Shown here piece by piece: positions 59,850 to 64,000 of a stretch of 64,000 nucleotides of DNA (position 1 is its first letter; every line of letters begins with the position of its first letter). The notes under the pieces are model-generated. The model searched no databases. It was not told where the DNA came from and saw only the letters and a program-made list of their open reading frames with translations. The position numbers and the translations under genes were made by a program. The DNA comes from an uncultured Clostridia bacterium (GTDB lineage: Bacteria > Bacillota > Clostridia > Tissierellales > Sedimentibacteraceae), in contig CAYJLG010000001.1 in NCBI GenBank assembly GCA_964371035.1, positions 702 through 64,701 of the forward strand, written 5' to 3'.

Positions 59850-60863
59850 TTATATTATGAGTGGTTGTAGTGCATTGAACACATATCCTACACTTACAAT
59901 ACCAATGAAACAAATTATTATGAATAGCGCTAAAAGTTTAGGTTTAATAGCTTTTCTTAACATTATCATAGATGGTAAACTAAGCGCTGTAACAGCCATC
60001 ATAAATGATAATATAGTACCTAGCTGTGCACCTTTAATTAACAAGGCTTCTGCTATAGGTATAGTTCCAAAAATATCAGCATACATAGGTATGCCTACTA
60101 TAGTCGCGAGTATAACTCCAAATGGATTGTTGCTACCTAAAGCTGCTTCTACCCATGACTGCGGAATCCAGTTATGAATAATAGCACCAATACCTACACC
60201 TACTAAGATATATGGAAAAACTTTTTTAAATGTTTCTACGACTTGATCTTTAGAATAGACTAATCTATCTTTTACTGTCAATTCTGGTGATTCTAGATCG
60301 ACGCTACTAGCAGATAATATAAATTCTTCAACATGCTTTTGCATCTTTAATTTTTCTATGATCATTCCACCTATTATTGCTACTATTAATCCAAATATTA
60401 CGTATAAAACAGCTACTTTAGTCCCAAATATACTCATTAATAATACTAAACTTCCTAAATCAACCATAGGAGATGATATTAAAAATGAAAAAGTAACCCC
60501 TATCGGTAAACCTGCACCAGTAAATCCAATAAATAATGGTATCGAAGAGCAAGAGCAAAACGGTGTTACAGTTCCTAACAATGCTCCCATTGCATTAGCA
60601 CCCAAGCCTTTAAATCTACCTAATATTTTTTTGCTTCTTTCAGGTGGGAAAAAACTTTGAATATACGAAATTATAAAAATCAAACTGCAAAGTAAAACTA
60701 CAATTTTTATAACATCATAGAAAAAAAACTGAATACTTCCACCTAATCTTTCTGTCACATCTAATCCTAGTGCTGTAAGTATATCGCCTACTAATTGATT
60801 TAACCACTTCATGCCTAGTATTTGATCTTGAAAAAATGACCATCCATTGCTTAAAATTTCCAT
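59850..60863 (-). CDS. ArsP_1/DUF318 (COG0701) family permease
   Basis: Polytopic membrane protein with the characteristic VTPFCSCSSIP motif. Usually paired with a thioredoxin_3 gene. Confidence 0.8.
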   Translation of the reverse strand: MEILSNGWSFFQDQILGMKWLNQLVGDILTALGLDVTERLGGSIQFFFYDVIKIVVLLCSLIFIISYIQSFFPPERSKKILGRFKGLGANAMGALLGTVTPFCSCSSIPLFIGFTGAGLPIGVTFSFLISSPMVDLGSLVLLMSIFGTKVAVLYVIFGLIVAIIGGMIIEKLKMQKHVEEFILSASSVDLESPELTVKDRLVYSKDQVVETFKKVFPYILVGVGIGAIIHNWIPQSWVEAALGSNNPFGVILATIVGIPMYADIFGTIPIAEALLIKGAQLGTILSFMMAVTALSLPSMIMLRKAIKPKLLALFIIICFIGIVSVGYVFNALQPLII

Positions 60864-60888
60864 AACTACCTCTATTTATATTTTCATT

Positions 60889-60908
60889 ACATAGACAACT
60901 ATCTATGT
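60889..60908. promoter_or_regulatory. Inverted-repeat operator candidate in the permease 5' leader
   Basis: ACATAGA-N6-TCTATGT. The related TATCTATGTG also occurs, inverted, at 60962..60971 inside the promoter spacer. Confidence 0.45.
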
Positions 60909-60950
60909 GTTGAGTAAAAAAAATTTGACTTGCTTTTTTATCTTAAAATC

Positions 60951-60979
60951 ATTATATACATCACATAGATAATTGTCAA
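60951..60979 (-). promoter_or_regulatory. Consensus sigma-A promoter of the permease/thioredoxin-like operon
   Basis: On the minus strand: TTGACA, 17-nt spacer, TATAAT. Confidence 0.65.
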
Positions 60980-61019
60980 TATGTTTTTTAAAAAAAGTTT
61001 TACTAAATTTTTATTTTGG

Positions 61020-61372
61020 TTACTATTCACAGTCGATTTCTGGTGTAAATAAGGGAAAAATAATAAAATATGGAAGCCTTATGGAGATTGGATTAAGTTG
61101 TGTGAAGTTTTATGAGCGTTTTAGTCATCTTTGGCTTAGCCCTAAAAATATACTGCGTTATGACTTTGCGAATAAAACTACTCATGCCCTAACCCCATTT
61201 TCTAAATGAAAATGGCGGTAGGTCACATGCATGGAGAACCAAATCTTTGTGAGTTTAACGAGCAAAAAGATTTGATGTTCTCTTCTGTGCCAGACAACTT
61301 CCCAATTGGAGTACCAGCGCGACAGATTTTATTATTTTTTCATGTTGACATACATTCAACTGTGAATTATAA
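61020..61372. repeat. Long copy (353 bp) of the TIR repeat family with non-coding cargo
   Basis: TTACTATTCACAGTCGAT ... TTCAACTGTGAATTATAA. The arms are homologous to 53791..53918. The interior contains several strong hairpins and no convincing ORF. Confidence 0.65.
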
Positions 61373-61409
61373 AAAGCTATTAAATTATAGTTTCATAATT
61401 TAATAGCTT
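61368..61409 (-). terminator. rny terminator
   Basis: 14-bp stem AAGCTATTAAATTA / TAATTTAATAGCTT followed by TTTTATA on the minus strand. Confidence 0.7.
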
Positions 61410-61417
61410 ACTTTTAA

Positions 61418-62953
61418 CTATTTTGCATATTCTATTGCTTTAGTTTCTCTTATAACATTAACCTTAATTTGTCCTGGATACTCAAGTTCATCTTCGATTC
61501 TCTTTACAATATCTCTTGCAACCAAGATCATTGAGTTATCATTAATAACCTCAGGTTTTACCATTATTCTAATTTCTCTACCTGCTTGAATAGCAAATGA
61601 TTTGTCTACGCCTTCAAATGAGTTAGATATTTCTTCTAATTTTTGAAGCCTCTTAATGTAAGTTTCTAAAGTTTCTCTTCTAGCGCCTGGCCTTGCTGCT
61701 GATATCGCATCTGCTGCTTGAACCAATATGGCTTCAATGGTTTGTGGTTCTACATCATTGTGGTGCGCTGCAATCGCATGTAGTATAGCTTTATTTTCTT
61801 TATATTTTCTAGCTAAGTCTTCGCCTATAGAAACATGAGATCCTTCCATTTCGTGGTCTACTGCCTTGCCAATGTCATGTAACAAGCCTGCTCTTTTAGC
61901 AATTTTAACATCTGCGCCTAATTCAGCAGCCATGATTCCTGCTAAATGAGAAACTTCTATAGAGTGCTTTAAAACGTTTTGACCATAGCTTGTTCTAAAT
62001 CTTAATCTACCCAATAATTTTATAAGTTCAGGATGTATACCATGTACACTAGTTTCAAATGTAGCTTGTTCACCATCTTCTTTCATCTTTTGTTCGATTT
62101 CTTTTTTAGATTTTTCAACCATTTCTTCTATTCTTGCCGGATGTATTCTTCCATCGAATATAAGTTTTTCTAGTGCAAGTCTTGCAACTTCACGTCTTAC
62201 AGGGTCAAAACCTGAAATCACAACAGCTTCCGGCGTATCATCTATGATTAAATCAATACCAGTAAGAGTTTCTAAGGCTCTGATATTTCTACCTTCTCTA
62301 CCGATAATCCTACCTTTCATTTCATCATTTGGTAAGCCAACTACGGATACAGTTGTTTCTGCAACATGATCTGCAGAACATTTTTGAACTGCATAAGTTA
62401 TGAGTTCTCTTGCTTTTTTCTCAGCATTTTCTTTTGCTTCTCTTTCAATTTCTTTATAGATGATTGCTGCTGCCTGTTCCGCTTCACTTTTAATGTTGTC
62501 AATTAATATAGATTTTGCTTCATCTGCCGTCAATCCTGAAATCCGCTCAAGTTCTTCATTCTGCTTTTCATGTATTGCCGCCAGCCTTACTTGTTTTAAT
62601 TCTACTTCCTTAATTTTCTTTTGTAAAGTTTCATCTTTTTTCTCAATGTTCAAGCTTTTTGCATCTAGCGTTTCTTCTTTTTTAAACAACCTTTTTTCTG
62701 TCTTTTGAAGTTCTGCTCTTCTTTCTTTTGTCTCACGCTCTATTTCATTTCTTAATTTGTGAGATTCTTCTTTTGCTTCAATAAGTATTTCTTTCTTTTT
62801 TGTTTCTGCATCTTTTATGGATTCATCCATAATCCTCTTTGCTTCTGATTCGGCACTGCCTATTGCTTTTTCAGAATGATTCTTTCTAACTAAAAAACCA
62901 ATTGCTGTTCCTATAGCAATCGCAATAATACCGACTATTATTTCACTGAGCAA
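61418..62953 (-). CDS. rny: Ribonuclease Y
   Basis: N-terminal TM, coiled coil, KH ([15 protein letters not shown]), HD (LLHDIGKA). TTG at 62953, 7 nt after GGGAGGTG, is preferred over the track start at 62989. Confidence 0.95.
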   Translation of the reverse strand: MLSEIIVGIIAIAIGTAIGFLVRKNHSEKAIGSAESEAKRIMDESIKDAETKKKEILIEAKEESHKLRNEIERETKERRAELQKTEKRLFKKEETLDAKSLNIEKKDETLQKKIKEVELKQVRLAAIHEKQNEELERISGLTADEAKSILIDNIKSEAEQAAAIIYKEIEREAKENAEKKARELITYAVQKCSADHVAETTVSVVGLPNDEMKGRIIGREGRNIRALETLTGIDLIIDDTPEAVVISGFDPVRREVARLALEKLIFDGRIHPARIEEMVEKSKKEIEQKMKEDGEQATFETSVHGIHPELIKLLGRLRFRTSYGQNVLKHSIEVSHLAGIMAAELGADVKIAKRAGLLHDIGKAVDHEMEGSHVSIGEDLARKYKENKAILHAIAAHHNDVEPQTIEAILVQAADAISAARPGARRETLETYIKRLQKLEEISNSFEGVDKSFAIQAGREIRIMVKPEVINDNSMILVARDIVKRIEDELEYPGQIKVNVIRETKAIEYAK

Positions 62954-63201
62954 TTCTATACACCTCCCTATTAATTTTTCAAGCTGCAAATAATATTATA
63001 TTACTATTTAACAATTAGATAAATAGCAATATCTTTATATATTAAATACATTTTGTACTTACTTGTATATAAGCCTATACATATTGTATTATTTTTTTAC
63101 TAAATTGTCAAGAATTGAATAATTTTTATTACATAAAATATTTTAAACTTTATTATTTTATTAATTTTATAAACAATATTTATAAAAAAAACTAATAAAT
63201 T

Positions 63202-63294
63202 AAATAAAAATAGGAGTATTTACATATGTAACTGAAAACATGGTATCTTACCTTGAGCTTAGTTACATGCGAATTACTCCTATTATAATTTGCA
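63202..63294 (-). terminator. Long-stem terminator after recA
   Basis: AATAGGAGTA ... TACTCCTATT outer stem plus ACATATGTAACT/AGTTACAT inner pairing, followed by TTTTTATTT on the minus strand. Confidence 0.6.
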
Positions 63295-63345
63295 TATATA
63301 ATTTTTAATTTTTTTAAATACAAAACATCAAATATATAAATAAAA

Positions 63346-64000
63346 TTAGTCTTCTAGCTTGGTTTCTTCAATCTTAACTTCAGATTCTATCAAATTATGC
63401 TTTTGTCTTACTAACGTATCTATTTCATTTAATAATTCTATATTGCTTGATAAAAATTCTTTAGCATTTTCTCTTCCTTGGCCTATTCTTGTAGAACCAT
63501 ATGAATACCAAGCACCTGCTTTGTTTACAATATCCGCTTCTACAGCCATATCTAATACACAACCTTCTCTAGATATACCTTTTCCATAGATAATATCAAA
63601 TTCAGCAACTTTAAACGGTGGTGCAACTTTATTTTTTACAACTTTTACTTTAGTTCTATTACCGTATATTTCATCACCTTTTTTTAGTGCTTCTATTTTT
63701 CTAACATCTAATCTAATTGAAGCATAAAATTTAAGCGCACGTCCACCAGTAGTCGTTTCTGGGCTACCAAACATAACACCAATTTTTTCACGCAACTGAT
63801 TAATAAATATTGCAGTGCAATTCGACTTATTTATAGCACCTGCTAATTTTCTTAAAGCTTGAGACATAAGTCTAGCCTGTAAACCGATAAAAGAATCCCC
63901 CATTTCTCCTTCAATTTCAGCTTTAGGAACTAATGCTGCAACTGAGTCAACTACAACTACGTCTACAGCCCCACTTCTTACTAGTGCTTCAGCAATTTCA
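63346..64000 (-). CDS. recA: Recombinase RecA, 5'-truncated by the window edge
   Basis: [17 protein letters not shown] (L2 region). The frame stays open upstream of the track start (..[34 protein letters not shown]). Confidence 0.95.
   Translation of the reverse strand, partial: EIAEALVRSGAVDVVVVDSVAALVPKAEIEGEMGDSFIGLQARLMSQALRKLAGAINKSNCTAIFINQLREKIGVMFGSPETTTGGRALKFYASIRLDVRKIEALKKGDEIYGNRTKVKVVKNKVAPPFKVAEFDIIYGKGISREGCVLDMAVEADIVNKAGAWYSYGSTRIGQGRENAKEFLSSNIELLNEIDTLVRQKHNLIESEVKIEETKLED

Noticed and set aside
60973-61403. Track ORFs 60973..61209 and 61206..61403 as protein genes.
   Set aside because: They run through the permease promoter, the repeat TIRs and the rny terminator. They have no RBS and no recognisable protein features. 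The region is better explained as a repeat element with non-coding cargo.
63222-63236. TTACATATGTAAC in the recA terminator stem nearly matches the GTTACATATGTAAC operator candidates of the dha cluster.
   Set aside because: A short AT-rich palindrome in a 64-kb AT-rich window is likely to recur by chance. Here it is simply part of a terminator stem, with no functional link to sugar metabolism.
160-63589. About 45 short ORFs in the track that lie antisense to or overlap strongly supported genes. Examples: 160..357, 2331..2636, 2794..3063, 4649..4876, 6154..6339, 8210..8419, 9200..9595, 9885..10202, 12255..12719, 15381..15671, 16539..16877, 25179..25505, 26835..27269, 27595..27882, 39080..39397, 41713..42108, 44566..44769, 46141..46350, 47381..47695, 51569..51856, 52079..52366, 58161..58442, 59857..60177, 60358..60660, 62460..62708, 63359..63589.
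   Set aside because: Each is embedded in a longer ORF with clear family motifs on the other strand or frame. Their products are low-complexity Ser/Ile/Phe/Leu-rich strings, typical of antisense reading of AT-rich genes. None has a convincing RBS.
1-64000. CRISPR arrays, rRNA or tRNA genes, intact IS elements or prophage blocks.
   Set aside because: I saw no regularly spaced direct repeats, no rRNA- or tRNA-like GC-rich blocks other than rnpB, and no transposase or phage structural genes. The only recombinase is Xer-like, in a core-gene context.

Overview
AT-rich (by eye, not computed) Firmicutes-type chromosomal segment. Gene order (der-plsY-gpsA, asp23-nusB-xseAB-tlyA-argR-recN, recA-rny, lexA/yneA-like) points to a Clostridia/Tissierellia-like anaerobe. 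About 60 CDS are credible, most of them housekeeping. There is one clear RNA gene (RNase P RNA, 31675..32003). I saw no rRNA, tRNA or CRISPR array. All family names come from motifs I recognise, not from searches.

Main points:
1. **Metal-ATPase operon (43364..47634, minus).** A P1B-like ATPase has YSC in place of the CPx metal motif. It is surrounded by three proteins carrying Cys-less HMA-like domains with a shared G-R-x-R signature, plus a small acidic membrane protein. This is the best candidate for an uncharacterised system.
2. **Selenocysteine use.** The selD-selA-selB cluster has selD itself containing an in-frame TGA (true start 18605), which the ORF track truncated. A second, untracked gene (59464..59805, minus) encodes a thioredoxin_3-like protein with an in-frame TGA in a Cys-rich N-terminal extension. 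It sits downstream of an ArsP_1/DUF318 permease.
3. **Dispersed repeat family.** A MITE-like element with terminal inverted repeats TTACTAYTCACAGTYGA occurs three times (about 49040..49093, 53791..53918, 61020..61372). The longest copy carries about 260 nt of structured non-coding cargo.
4. **Sugar-type cluster (49706..53728).** SorC regulator, DhaL, DhaK, an LsrF-like aldolase/thiolase and a VOC-like protein, with GTTACAWATGTAAC palindromes.
5. **SOS module.** lexA is divergent from a yneA-like LysM gene, with Cheo boxes in the shared promoter region.
6. **Envelope pair.** An MMPL transporter is translationally coupled to a 1048-aa GLUG-repeat surface protein.

Many short ORFs in the track are antisense or overlapping artefacts.
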